From contig JARRQT010000007.1 in NCBI GenBank assembly GCA_037381445.1, positions 1 to 29,039 on the forward strand: a stretch of DNA of 29,039 nucleotides, in the 5' to 3' direction. This stretch comes from Calditrichia bacterium. Lineage in GTDB: Bacteria; Calditrichota; Calditrichia; RBG-13-44-9. Both the position numbers and the translations under genes were made by a program. Below the pieces are notes generated by a model. It did no database searches. It was not told the origin of the DNA and worked only from the letters and a program-made list of their open reading frames with translations. Positions 1 to 8,687 of this stretch are shown here, piece after piece; within the stretch, counting starts at the first letter, position 1; each line of letters begins with the position of its first letter.

Positions 1-35
1 GTATATCCTCCAATCCTTCCGGCTCCTCTTTTCCC

Positions 36-221
36 TCATCCTCTTCCGGATTTCCCGGCGAATCCGGTTCGGTCGCTTTTTTTATCCGCCACCGAAGGTC
101 CCGCTTCCGGCTGTTCCCTTTCTGAAATCTTTCCCAGGATGTCCTCCAATTCCTTTTGATTTTCATCCTTCTTCAAGTCATTATCCCTGATGTCGTCATC
201 TTTCTTCTTTTTATCACTCAT
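36..221 (-). CDS. N-terminal part of an acidic, charged hypothetical protein; probably frameshifted at an A7 run and continuing off the left edge
   Basis: ATG at 221 with AAGGGGA upstream. Deleting one A from the A7 run (77-83) gives ...ADKKATEPDSPGNPEEDEGKEEPEGLEDI, open to position 1 and with the same composition as the N-terminus. Confidence 0.5.
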   Translation of the reverse strand: MSDKKKKDDDIRDNDLKKDENQKELEDILGKISEREQPEAGPSVADKKSDRTGFAGKSGRG

Positions 222-318
222 GGCCGGTCCCCTTGCTTATTTTGCATCAATGTTTCGTTAATTTAATAATTCCCAATAAATTATTAAAGAGGCTTTTTTG
301 AATGCGCCGGAATAATCT

Positions 319-1758
319 CTATTTAGCGGGATGTTTCTCTTTATCAAGATAGCGGTCTTTTATCTGCATCATAAAATTGTAACAGGCGTCGTAATCATTT
401 GAAATAATCCCATCCAAAATGGCATCGGTAACCGCCTGCTTGATTTCACCAATCGCCGGGCCGGGTCCGATTCCCAAGGCCGACATAATATCGTTACCCG
501 AAATCGCCGGTTTGAAATTGCGGAGTTTGTCTTTCTCTTCCACCTCTCTCATTTTCTCCTCAACAATATCGAAATTCGAAAGGTAGCGTTTCACTTTCTG
601 AGGGTTCTTGGAGGTCACATCGGCGCGGCAGAGAAGCATCAGATCTTCCAGCGAATCCCCCGCTTCCACCATCACCCGGCGGATGGCACTGTCGGTCACC
701 TCCTCATCCACCAGTTGCATGGGACGAAGATGAAGCCGCACCAGCTTTTGCACATATTTAATAATGGAGACAGGCAGCCGCATCCGCCGGCAGATGCGCT
801 CGGACATACGCGCTCCCAGTTCTTCGTGACCGTGGAACGTCCATCCGGTCCCTTCCACAAAACGCTTGGTCTGCGGCTTGGCAATATCATGCAGGAGGGC
901 CGCCAGCCGCAGCTCGAATTTTTTGGTTTTTCGGGAAATATTATCCACGACCTGCAGCGTATGGTTGAACACATCTTTGTGGTGATAATCTTTGCGCTGG
1001 TCCACGCCGGACAGCTGATCCAGCTCCGGGAATATGACAGACAGCAATCCGGTCTCTTTCATCAGCTGCAGCCCGATGGAGGGTTTGGAAGCCATCATCA
1101 TTTTCCGGAATTCCTCGGTGATCCGTTCCTGTGAAATAATTTCCAGGCGTTCACGCGTCTCAATTATGGCCCGGTAAGTTTTCTCCTCGATTTTGAAATT
1201 CAGCACTGCGGCAAACCGCACGGCCCGCAGGATCCGCAGCGGATCATCGCTGAAGGTCACCACGGGATCGAGAGGAGTCCGGATCAGCTTTCGCTTTATA
1301 TCATCAATTCCGTTGTAGACGTCGATGATGCTGCCAAAATTTTCCGGGGAGATGTCCATAGCCAGCGTATTGATGGTGAAATCGCGCCGGGATAAATCGC
1401 TCTCCAGATCGGCCTCCGACACGTGCGGTTTCCGCGAATGTTCATCATAATATTCCGACCGTGCGGAAACAAATTCCAGCTTGTAATTCTGGTATATCAG
1501 CATCGCTGTGCCGAAGCGGGGATAAGTCACCACCTGTCCGGACCTGAACCGTTTCTTGAACCGTTCGGCGAAATCCAGCGCGTTGCCGATTACCACAAAA
1601 TCGATGTCCTTGCCTTCGCTTTTAAGGTAGAGGTCCCGCACAAAACCGCCCACCGCAAAAACCTCAACGCCGGCGTCCCGGGCCACAATCTGCACTTTTT
1701 CTAATATTTTTTTCCCTTTTGTCACCTTTATGATCAAAACGAACCGCTCTCCTGCCAT
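319..1758 (-). CDS. cca: Class II tRNA nucleotidyltransferase (CCA-adding enzyme) with HD domain
   Basis: VGGFVRD...KDIDF catalytic DxD, RRDFTIN, DDPLRILRA, and HD-domain motifs HHKDVFNHT, ALLHDIAKP, FHGHEELG. CCA versus poly(A) polymerase activity cannot be proven from sequence; the start may be a few codons downstream. Confidence 0.9.
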   Translation of the reverse strand: MAGERFVLIIKVTKGKKILEKVQIVARDAGVEVFAVGGFVRDLYLKSEGKDIDFVVIGNALDFAERFKKRFRSGQVVTYPRFGTAMLIYQNYKLEFVSARSEYYDEHSRKPHVSEADLESDLSRRDFTINTLAMDISPENFGSIIDVYNGIDDIKRKLIRTPLDPVVTFSDDPLRILRAVRFAAVLNFKIEEKTYRAIIETRERLEIISQERITEEFRKMMMASKPSIGLQLMKETGLLSVIFPELDQLSGVDQRKDYHHKDVFNHTLQVVDNISRKTKKFELRLAALLHDIAKPQTKRFVEGTGWTFHGHEELGARMSERICRRMRLPVSIIKYVQKLVRLHLRPMQLVDEEVTDSAIRRVMVEAGDSLEDLMLLCRADVTSKNPQKVKRYLSNFDIVEEKMREVEEKDKLRNFKPAISGNDIMSALGIGPGPAIGEIKQAVTDAILDGIISNDYDACYNFMMQIKDRYLDKEKHPAK

Positions 1759-1978
1759 GTTGGATGTAAAACCTTTTATCGTTTAAATATAGAAAATAAT
1801 ATAAAACAAATAAAACAGTTCCTTCAAAAGCAAAGAGAAAGAATATCACCCGGAAATTCAAGAACAGGTTCCGCGGTTGTAACCGTCGGTGATTGGCGTC
1901 GCTGCCACCCTATCCAATTTCCGCTTGATAATAATACTCGCTGCTTCTATATTTTTATTTCACTTTTGGAATGACAGA

Positions 1979-4900
1979 ATGCTGAAAATCCCGTTTATGT
2001 CTGCAAAATTTCGGATCGCAATTTGCGCTTTTCTCCTGCTGCAGGCGCTGACGCCCGCTCTCCGGGCGGGAGAAGGTTTTGCGGACAGCATGTTCATCGG
2101 AGGAAAATCGCAAAACCTGCTGCCTGATTTCACCGACAGCTACGGTGTGGTTTTCAGGGATTTAAACCGGGATTTTCTCCCTGAAATTTACGTGGTGCGG
2201 TTCCGCAATTTGAATCGTCTTTTCCTGAATGAAGGACCCGGCAATCCCTTTTCCGATTTTACGATCCAGTCCGGTCTGGGCGGCAACCTGATGCCCCGCG
2301 GACAGGAAAACCTGGAACTGGGCGCATCCTCGGGGGACTTCAACAACGACGGTTTGCCGGACATGGTTATTGCCGGCTGGGGCGTCAGCACCCGCTTATT
2401 CCTGCAACAAAAGGGATTGCGTTTTCTGGACATAACCGACAGGACCCAAATTAAACCCCCATTGGACGGTAATGGTGCATTCTGGGCAGATGTGAATCTG
2501 GATGGAAACCTGGACCTTTTCATCACGGATGAACATCATCCCAATCATTTATTTTTGGGGAATGGTCTGGGAAATTTCGTTGACCGGAGCGAGGAATGGG
2601 GTTTTACCCGGGATAATGTCAGCCAGGGAGCGGCCTTTGCCGATGTGGATGACGACGGATTGCCGGACCTGTATGTCTGCAACTGGTTTGCCCCGGATGT
2701 CTTCCTGCGCAATACCGGGCAGAACCGCTTCGAACCGCAAAATTTGAACCTAAAGCATCTTACGGAACCTCTTAACAGCAATGGGGTGTCTTTTGGGGAT
2801 ATCGACAATGACGGCGATCCCGATTTGCTGGTTACCGACCGCAATGGCCGGAGCGCCCTTTACCGGAATGACACTCCGCCACGCTCCGCCCAATGGATTT
2901 TTACGGATATCACCGACGCCAGCGGATTGCAGGTGCCGTATCCGGCGTACGGCAGCGTGATTTCTGATTTTAACAATGACGGCTGGCCGGATATCTGGAT
3001 CAGCACCATCGGGCCCAATATGTTTTTTGTGAACAGGCACGGGATAAAGTTTGAAAAGGCCTTCGAGGAGCATTTTGCCAACCTGAATTCCGTGGAAGAG
3101 TACAGCACCGGTGCCGCCGCCGCGGATGTGGACAATGACGGCGATCTCGATCTTTTCGCATCGCAGAAGGACACCAACAGCGCCCTGTATATTAATCCGC
3201 TCAACAGCCTGAATTTTATAAAATTCAGGCTCACTGGAGTCCGATCGAATCGCGATGCCATCGGGGCGAAAATCTGGCTGTTTCCGGACGGCTTGTTGGG
3301 GGACAGCAGTGCCATCGCCGGTTTCAGAGAAATCCGGGGCGGCGGCGGATATTTATCCGAGAACAGTCTGCAGGTGCATTTCGGGCTTCCGGCGCCGGGC
3401 TTGTACGACGCCCGCATCGTTTTTCCCGGCGGACGGGAATTGTTCATGCCCAGTCTCCAATCGGGGAAATTTTACCGGGTATCCGAATACACCGGCATCA
3501 TGAAATCCTATTATCGGGCCAAACAATACGGAAACCGGCTGGTTCATCACCCCCACTTTTTTGTAAACATCATCCTCTTCGCGGTCCTGATCGGCATATT
3601 GATCGGTTTCACCATAATATCCACCGGCCGTTTCAGGTGGGCAACAGCGCAAATCATTCTGTTCCTGGTGACCACCATCATCATTTTATACGGGATATTT
3701 CTCGCATTTCAATCCGATCCCCTGCGGACCCGGCTCATCATTCAGATTGCCGCTACAATTGGTTTGCTTTCCGTCCTGACTTTTTTCATGGAAAAAATCC
3801 GGCGGCTGGAGATCAGCCGGCTGGAATACCGCCGCCTGCTGCTTGATTTTTCGCAGGACCTCATTTTCATTAAGAATAACCAGGAACTATACCGGAAATT
3901 GGTGCAGACAATTTACGAAACGGTTCACCCGGCTTTTTGCGCCTTCCTGCGCTACGAGAGCGACAACTTATATCCGGCGTCGGTCACGGGAAAGGTTGAA
4001 ATAGCGAGTGAAGTCTCTTTCGCCCCGGAATCTAAAGAAGGCCTGCTGATCGAGATTGCACAGGGAGACAAACCTTTAACGAACAGGCCGCCGTTTCCGG
4101 ACGGATATTATTTCCCGGTGAGCCGGGAAGAGAAATTTTTCGGAATTCTGTTAATCGGCGCCGCAGTGAAAAGGGACTTCACCCTGGCGGATCTGGCGGT
4201 GTTCAGGGCCCTGGCGGCGCAAAGTGCGGTAGCCATCGAAAACAACCTTTATATTGAAGAGACCCGCCAGTTAATCCGCCAGGTTACCGAAGCGCAGACC
4301 CGGGAAAAATATCTGTCCCAACTGGAAAATGCTTACCGCGAACTGGAAGAGAAGAACCGTCGTCTGGAAGAGCTTTACAGGGATTTGAAAGACACCCAGA
4401 GTCAGTTGGTTCAAAGCGAAAAAATGGCCAGCCTGGGCCAGTTGATGGCAGGTATCGCCCATGAATTGAATAATCCGATCAGCTTTATTTACGCCAACCT
4501 GCGGGAGCTGGACAGCTATTCGCAGGTGGTCAGGAAACTGCTCGAACCGATCGCCGGAACAGAAATCGACGCCGATGCGCTGCTTCAGAAGATTCGCGAA
4601 GTCAAAAATGCGGAAGATCTGGAATTCATTCTGACAGATTTAAATAAGCTGGTGGAAGAGAGCCTGCAGGGGAGCCTGCGGGTAAAAGAACTGGTCCAGA
4701 ATCTCAGGAATTTTTCGCGGGTAGATGAGGCGCAGGTCAAGGAGGTGGATTTGCAGCAGGGAATAAATTCCACGCTTCAGCTGCTCAATAACGAAATGAA
4801 GGGGAGAATTACCCTGCATAAAGATTACGGCGCGCTTCCCAAAGTTTACTGCAATCCCGGACAAATCAATCAGGTATTCATGAATCTTCTGCTCAATGCA

Positions 4901-5209
4901 ATCCAGGCCATTGAGGGAGAAGGAAATATCTGGATTACCACCCGCTTATCCAACAGTCGGGTCATAATTTCCATCCGCGATGACGGAAAGGGTATTCCGC
5001 AGGAGACCCTCTCCAAAATATTTGATCCGTTTTTTACGACCAAACCGGTGGGACAGGGAACAGGCCTGGGGCTAAGCATCAGCTACAGTATCATTCAGAA
5101 TCATGGCGGCGATATTGAAGTGGAAAGTGAAAAGAGAAAAGGGACAGTTTTCAGAATCATTCTGCCTGTCGGAGCGGATCAGTTTCAGTCCGGGGACAAA
5201 AAGCAGTGA
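1979..5209 (+). CDS. Membrane sensor histidine kinase: signal peptide, 7 FG-GAP/VCBS repeats, ASPIC/UnbV domain (CRTAC1-like), 3 TM helices, GAF, coiled coil, HisKA, HATPase_c
   Basis: Repeats [75 protein letters not shown]-like [10 protein letters not shown] and [17 protein letters not shown]-box [11 protein letters not shown]-box [24 protein letters not shown]...GTGLGLS. Start is more likely ATG 1979 or 1997 than the GTG at 1889. Confidence 0.92.
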   Translation: MLKIPFMSAKFRIAICAFLLLQALTPALRAGEGFADSMFIGGKSQNLLPDFTDSYGVVFRDLNRDFLPEIYVVRFRNLNRLFLNEGPGNPFSDFTIQSGLGGNLMPRGQENLELGASSGDFNNDGLPDMVIAGWGVSTRLFLQQKGLRFLDITDRTQIKPPLDGNGAFWADVNLDGNLDLFITDEHHPNHLFLGNGLGNFVDRSEEWGFTRDNVSQGAAFADVDDDGLPDLYVCNWFAPDVFLRNTGQNRFEPQNLNLKHLTEPLNSNGVSFGDIDNDGDPDLLVTDRNGRSALYRNDTPPRSAQWIFTDITDASGLQVPYPAYGSVISDFNNDGWPDIWISTIGPNMFFVNRHGIKFEKAFEEHFANLNSVEEYSTGAAAADVDNDGDLDLFASQKDTNSALYINPLNSLNFIKFRLTGVRSNRDAIGAKIWLFPDGLLGDSSAIAGFREIRGGGGYLSENSLQVHFGLPAPGLYDARIVFPGGRELFMPSLQSGKFYRVSEYTGIMKSYYRAKQYGNRLVHHPHFFVNIILFAVLIGILIGFTIISTGRFRWATAQIILFLVTTIIILYGIFLAFQSDPLRTRLIIQIAATIGLLSVLTFFMEKIRRLEISRLEYRRLLLDFSQDLIFIKNNQELYRKLVQTIYETVHPAFCAFLRYESDNLYPASVTGKVEIASEVSFAPESKEGLLIEIAQGDKPLTNRPPFPDGYYFPVSREEKFFGILLIGAAVKRDFTLADLAVFRALAAQSAVAIENNLYIEETRQLIRQVTEAQTREKYLSQLENAYRELEEKNRRLEELYRDLKDTQSQLVQSEKMASLGQLMAGIAHELNNPISFIYANLRELDSYSQVVRKLLEPIAGTEIDADALLQKIREVKNAEDLEFILTDLNKLVEESLQGSLRVKELVQNLRNFSRVDEAQVKEVDLQQGINSTLQLLNNEMKGRITLHKDYGALPKVYCNPGQINQVFMNLLLNAIQAIEGEGNIWITTRLSNSRVIISIRDDGKGIPQETLSKIFDPFFTTKPVGQGTGLGLSISYSIIQNHGGDIEVESEKRKGTVFRIILPVGADQFQSGDKKQ

Positions 5210-5297
5210 GAGCCAGGGCTGATTTTTTGCAGGTTGATTACAATAAAAGGCAGCACCGCAATAATCACAAATCAAATTTTTGAACGGATCTTATTTT

Positions 5298-6755
5298 ATG
5301 AATGAAGAACAACCCAAAAAAATCCTGGTTGTGGATGATGAACAGGCCAGCCTGAACGCCATCAACCGTACCCTGCGTCGCGAATTCGATATTATTCTCT
5401 CCCTCAACGGACAGTCTGCCCTGGAAGTCCTGAAAGACCAGCAGGTCGCCGTTATTCTGGCTGACCAGAGAATGCCGGGAATGGCAGGCGTCGATTTTTT
5501 CCAGGAAGCACTAAAAATCCAGCCTGAGGCGGTTCGTATTCTCATCACCGGTTACACCGATATCGACGCCACCATTGATGCCATCAACCAGGCGCAGATA
5601 TTTTATTACATCGGGAAGCCGTGGGAACCGGATGAGCTGCGTCTCATCGTACGGCGGGCAGCGGAGCGTTATGAACTGGTCCGTGAAAACCGCCGTCTGA
5701 TGGAAGAATTGAAAGAGGCAAACGCCAATTTACAGGAAGAGAATATCATCCTGCACCGGGAAGCCGGGAAGCAATACGAGTTCGAAAATATCGTGGGGCA
5801 AAGCAGGGCCATGCAGGAAGTTTTCCAGTTCGTACGAAAGGTGATCCCTATTGATACTACTATCCTGCTGCTGGGTGAAACGGGCACCGGCAAAGAATTG
5901 ATCGCCCGCGCTATCCATTACAATGGCCCCCGGAAGAACAAGCTGTTTGTGGCGCAGAATTGCGCGGCCCTGCCCGATACGCTGCTGGAGAGCGAGCTGT
6001 TCGGACATGTGAAAGGTGCTTTTACCGGAGCTACTCAGGATAAAAAGGGCTTGTTTGAACTGGCTGATGAGGGAACCATCTTTCTGGACGAGATCGGCGA
6101 CACCTCTCCGGCTCTGCAGCAGCGGCTCTTAAGGGTGCTTCAGGAAGGGGAAATCCGGCCGGTAGGGTCGGAAAAAAGCATTTATGTGGATGTGAGAATT
6201 ATTTCGGCCACCAATCAGAATTTGGAGCAGGCCATTCGCACCGGTAGGTTTCGAGAAGACTTGTATTACCGTCTGAATGTTTTTCCGATAAGAATTCCGC
6301 CGCTGCGGGAGAGGCGTGAAGACATCCCGCTGCTCGCAGAACATTTTGTGATAAAATACAGCCGTAAATCGGGCAAAAAAATCGCGGGGATTACCACTGA
6401 AGCCCTGAAAATCCTGATGGCGGGCTCCTACCCGGGGAACGTCCGGGAACTGGAAAATGAAATTGAAAGGGCTGTCGCGCTGGCGGAATCGGGAAGCCCT
6501 ATCACAGCCGATCTACTTTCTCCGCGACTGAAAGGCGGGCAAACATTCCTGCCCGATCTGCTGCAGGAAGACAACAGCCTGAAAGAAATAACCGAATCCA
6601 TCGAAAAATATTATATCACGGAAAAGCTGAAACAGCACAAAGGGAATATCACCCACACCGCGGAAGACCTGGGTCTGAGCCGGGTTGGTCTTCAGAAAAA
6701 GATTCAGCGATATGGACTCGAGGTCAAAAGACCTTCAAGATCGGACAATGAATAA
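5298..6755 (+). CDS. Sigma54-dependent NtrC-family response regulator (REC, AAA+, Fis-type HTH)
   Basis: ILVVDDE, ADQRMPG phosphoacceptor, KPW; Walker A GETGTGKE; ESELFGHVKGAFTGA; FLDEIG; RFREDLYYRLNV; YPGNVRELEN; C-terminal HTH GNITHTAEDLGLSR. ATG at 5298. Confidence 0.95.
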   Translation: MNEEQPKKILVVDDEQASLNAINRTLRREFDIILSLNGQSALEVLKDQQVAVILADQRMPGMAGVDFFQEALKIQPEAVRILITGYTDIDATIDAINQAQIFYYIGKPWEPDELRLIVRRAAERYELVRENRRLMEELKEANANLQEENIILHREAGKQYEFENIVGQSRAMQEVFQFVRKVIPIDTTILLLGETGTGKELIARAIHYNGPRKNKLFVAQNCAALPDTLLESELFGHVKGAFTGATQDKKGLFELADEGTIFLDEIGDTSPALQQRLLRVLQEGEIRPVGSEKSIYVDVRIISATNQNLEQAIRTGRFREDLYYRLNVFPIRIPPLRERREDIPLLAEHFVIKYSRKSGKKIAGITTEALKILMAGSYPGNVRELENEIERAVALAESGSPITADLLSPRLKGGQTFLPDLLQEDNSLKEITESIEKYYITEKLKQHKGNITHTAEDLGLSRVGLQKKIQRYGLEVKRPSRSDNE

Positions 6756-6894
6756 AACCGGGTTAGCAGGGTGCACTTTTCATTCAACTTTCTTGCCGTT
6801 CTGATCTTCTGAAAGAATTCTCTCCCTTCATTCATCAGACAAAGCAGGCATACCGCAAACCAGGTTTACACCTCCACTGCTAACCAGGTTTGCA
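6752..6894. promoter_or_regulatory. Three 17-bp palindromic boxes, candidate upstream activator sequences, consensus TGCWAACC-N-GGTTWRCA
   Basis: 6752-6768 ATAAAACCGGGTTAGCA; 6854-6870 CGCAAACCAGGTTTACA; 6878-6894 TGCTAACCAGGTTTGCA. They lie 100-240 bp upstream of the -24/-12 element. Confidence 0.65.
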
Positions 6895-6993
6895 GTATGC
6901 CTGATTTCTACCCCTTAGAACAATCCCGCACAGGTGATTCATCCTGCTCATTTACAACAGGTTATGGCGGCCCTCGTTTCAGGGAATCATTCA

Positions 6994-7009
6994 TGGCATC
7001 CTATTTGAA
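6994..7009 (+). promoter_or_regulatory. Putative sigma54 (-24/-12) promoter
   Basis: TGGCATCCTATTTGAA: GG-N10-GA spacing is correct, with A instead of C at -12. It lies directly downstream of a GAFTGA activator gene and UAS-like palindromes. Confidence 0.6.
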
Positions 7010-7045
7010 CTTTCTTCCGGTAGAGATAAAGTAAAGGTAGTCGCC

Positions 7046-7234
7046 ATGTTAAAATATTTGATCATTTTGGGTTTTCTTATCATAAATGCAGTTTTCCATG
7101 GAATTCATATTTCCGTCATATCCAATCTTGCTGATTCCCTGATGCTGATTATCGCACCCGGTTTGTTTCACGAACCGGCACCGGTTCCCGCCGATATTGA
7201 GCAGGATTACAGGAAAGGAAATTTTGAATATTAA
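7046..7234 (+). CDS. Possible small hydrophobic protein (62 aa)
   Basis: AAAGGTAG before the ATG; hydrophobic N-terminus; sits between the predicted sigma54 start site and the lipoprotein RBS. No recognisable family. Confidence 0.3.
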   Translation: MLKYLIILGFLIINAVFHGIHISVISNLADSLMLIIAPGLFHEPAPVPADIEQDYRKGNFEY

Positions 7235-7268
7235 AAAGAACATCTTAGCCTTAGAAAGGAGGCTTGTC

Positions 7269-8645
7269 ATGAAACGTTTCCATTATTTTCTGATCGCCGT
7301 CTTTTCATTTTTAATTCTGACCAATTTTTCGGGGTGCTACACCACCTTCCAGACAGTGCGTTACGCCAATGCCGGAGACGATGACGCGTATGAATACTAT
7401 GATGACGCGGCTTACGGAGGCCAAATGCAGCCGGCGGATACCTACACGGAACTGAAGTACGCTCCCAGCAGATGGATTGTGAAACACACCTATTACGATT
7501 ACGGGCGTTACGTGAAAACCGTCAAATATGTGCGCTACGATCCCTGGGATGATGATTACTGCGATTATTCGGAATACTACTACGATGGTCCCGATATGTT
7601 CATCTCTATAAGTTTTGGATCCGGATACCCGTACCATCGTCCCTACTGGCACAGACCAATATATTGGGCGGGATTCCCCGATTTCTGGTTCGACCCCTGG
7701 TGGCATGATTTTGTCTATTATCCCGTCCCGATTTATTATCCTGTTCCCATATATTATCCCGCCCCCATTTACTATCCGGGGCCGGTGTTTGTTTACGATC
7801 ATCCTCATTACAAACGGCCCCGAAAGGATTACAAGAAGAGGGATTGGGACCGCAGAAGGCCGATGGAAAGGGATCGGGTGGTCAGACGGCCCTCCGGGGA
7901 TGCCGGGACCACCCAGCGGGGCGGCAATACTTCCGGAACCCGGATTATCCGGCGGTCTGATTCAAATGAGCGGTCCACGACTTCCCGGACCGTGGATAGA
8001 GGCCGGGTTGTACAGCGCACTGTCCAGCCGGAGCAGAAGAAATCCGCTGAACGGAATGAGCAGAGCCGCACGGTAGTGCGCAGAACGGAACGGCAAAGCA
8101 ATACTCAAACGCAACGGATTGATAACACAAACTCGCAGACAGGCAGCAGGCAATCCGGTTCCAGGGTCATTCGCCGTGAATCGGACAAGAACAGCTCCAG
8201 CAGTTCGGACAATTACCGGCAACCAGCCAGGAGCAGCAGCAGAAGTATTCTGTCTCAGATAATAGAAAACAGAAACAGACAGACCGAACAAAAACGGACC
8301 ACCTATAGCGGCAGCAATAGGAGCAACGCATCCGCCAGTTCAGGTTCATCGGTTTCACAAAGCCGAAGCGTAAATCCGGTTTCACGCTCACAGAGCCGGA
8401 CCAGCCGCTCCTCGGGAATTCAGAGACAAAATAATTCCCGGAGCCAGACTCCGGTTTATCAGCCCAGGAACAACAGTTCTTCCAAAGCCGGCAGTTCTTC
8501 CCGGGTCAGCAGCTCCCGCAGCTATCAGTCGCGGAGTTCCTCCAATTCGGGCAGCAAAAGCAGAGTCACTGCCGGCAGCAGAAGTTCGAGCCGTAAATCA
8601 AGTGATTCAAAATCGGGCAGCAGCAGCCGGAGGTCCCGGCGATAA
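7269..8645 (+). CDS. Lipoprotein with Tyr/Asp/Trp/Pro-rich middle and long Arg/Ser-rich low-complexity tail
   Basis: RBS AAAGGAGG at 7255-7262; MKRFHYFLIAVFSFLILTNFSG-C lipobox; YYPxP repeats; C-terminal ~280 aa dominated by R/S/Q/N/T. Confidence 0.85.
   Translation: MKRFHYFLIAVFSFLILTNFSGCYTTFQTVRYANAGDDDAYEYYDDAAYGGQMQPADTYTELKYAPSRWIVKHTYYDYGRYVKTVKYVRYDPWDDDYCDYSEYYYDGPDMFISISFGSGYPYHRPYWHRPIYWAGFPDFWFDPWWHDFVYYPVPIYYPVPIYYPAPIYYPGPVFVYDHPHYKRPRKDYKKRDWDRRRPMERDRVVRRPSGDAGTTQRGGNTSGTRIIRRSDSNERSTTSRTVDRGRVVQRTVQPEQKKSAERNEQSRTVVRRTERQSNTQTQRIDNTNSQTGSRQSGSRVIRRESDKNSSSSSDNYRQPARSSSRSILSQIIENRNRQTEQKRTTYSGSNRSNASASSGSSVSQSRSVNPVSRSQSRTSRSSGIQRQNNSRSQTPVYQPRNNSSSKAGSSSRVSSSRSYQSRSSSNSGSKSRVTAGSRSSSRKSSDSKSGSSSRRSRR
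7716..7787 (+). repeat. Four imperfect 18-bp coding repeats (YYPVPI, YYPVPI, YYPAPI, YYPGPV)
   Basis: TATTATCCCGTCCCGATT / TATTATCCTGTTCCCATA / TATTATCCCGCCCCCATT / TACTATCCGGGGCCGGTG. Confidence 0.85.
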
Positions 8646-8687
8646 TTGTCGCACAGCGTAATAAAAACTATAAACCGGAGAACAGTG

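Noticed and set aside
1889..1978. GTG-initiated N-terminal extension of the kinase
   Set aside because: AT-rich divergent promoter region; the signal peptide fits a start at 1979 or 1997.
6845..6903. Repeats considered as a mini-CRISPR or MITE ends
   Set aside because: Only 7 bp between boxes, no spacer-length unique sequences, no cas or transposase genes, no evident target-site duplication.
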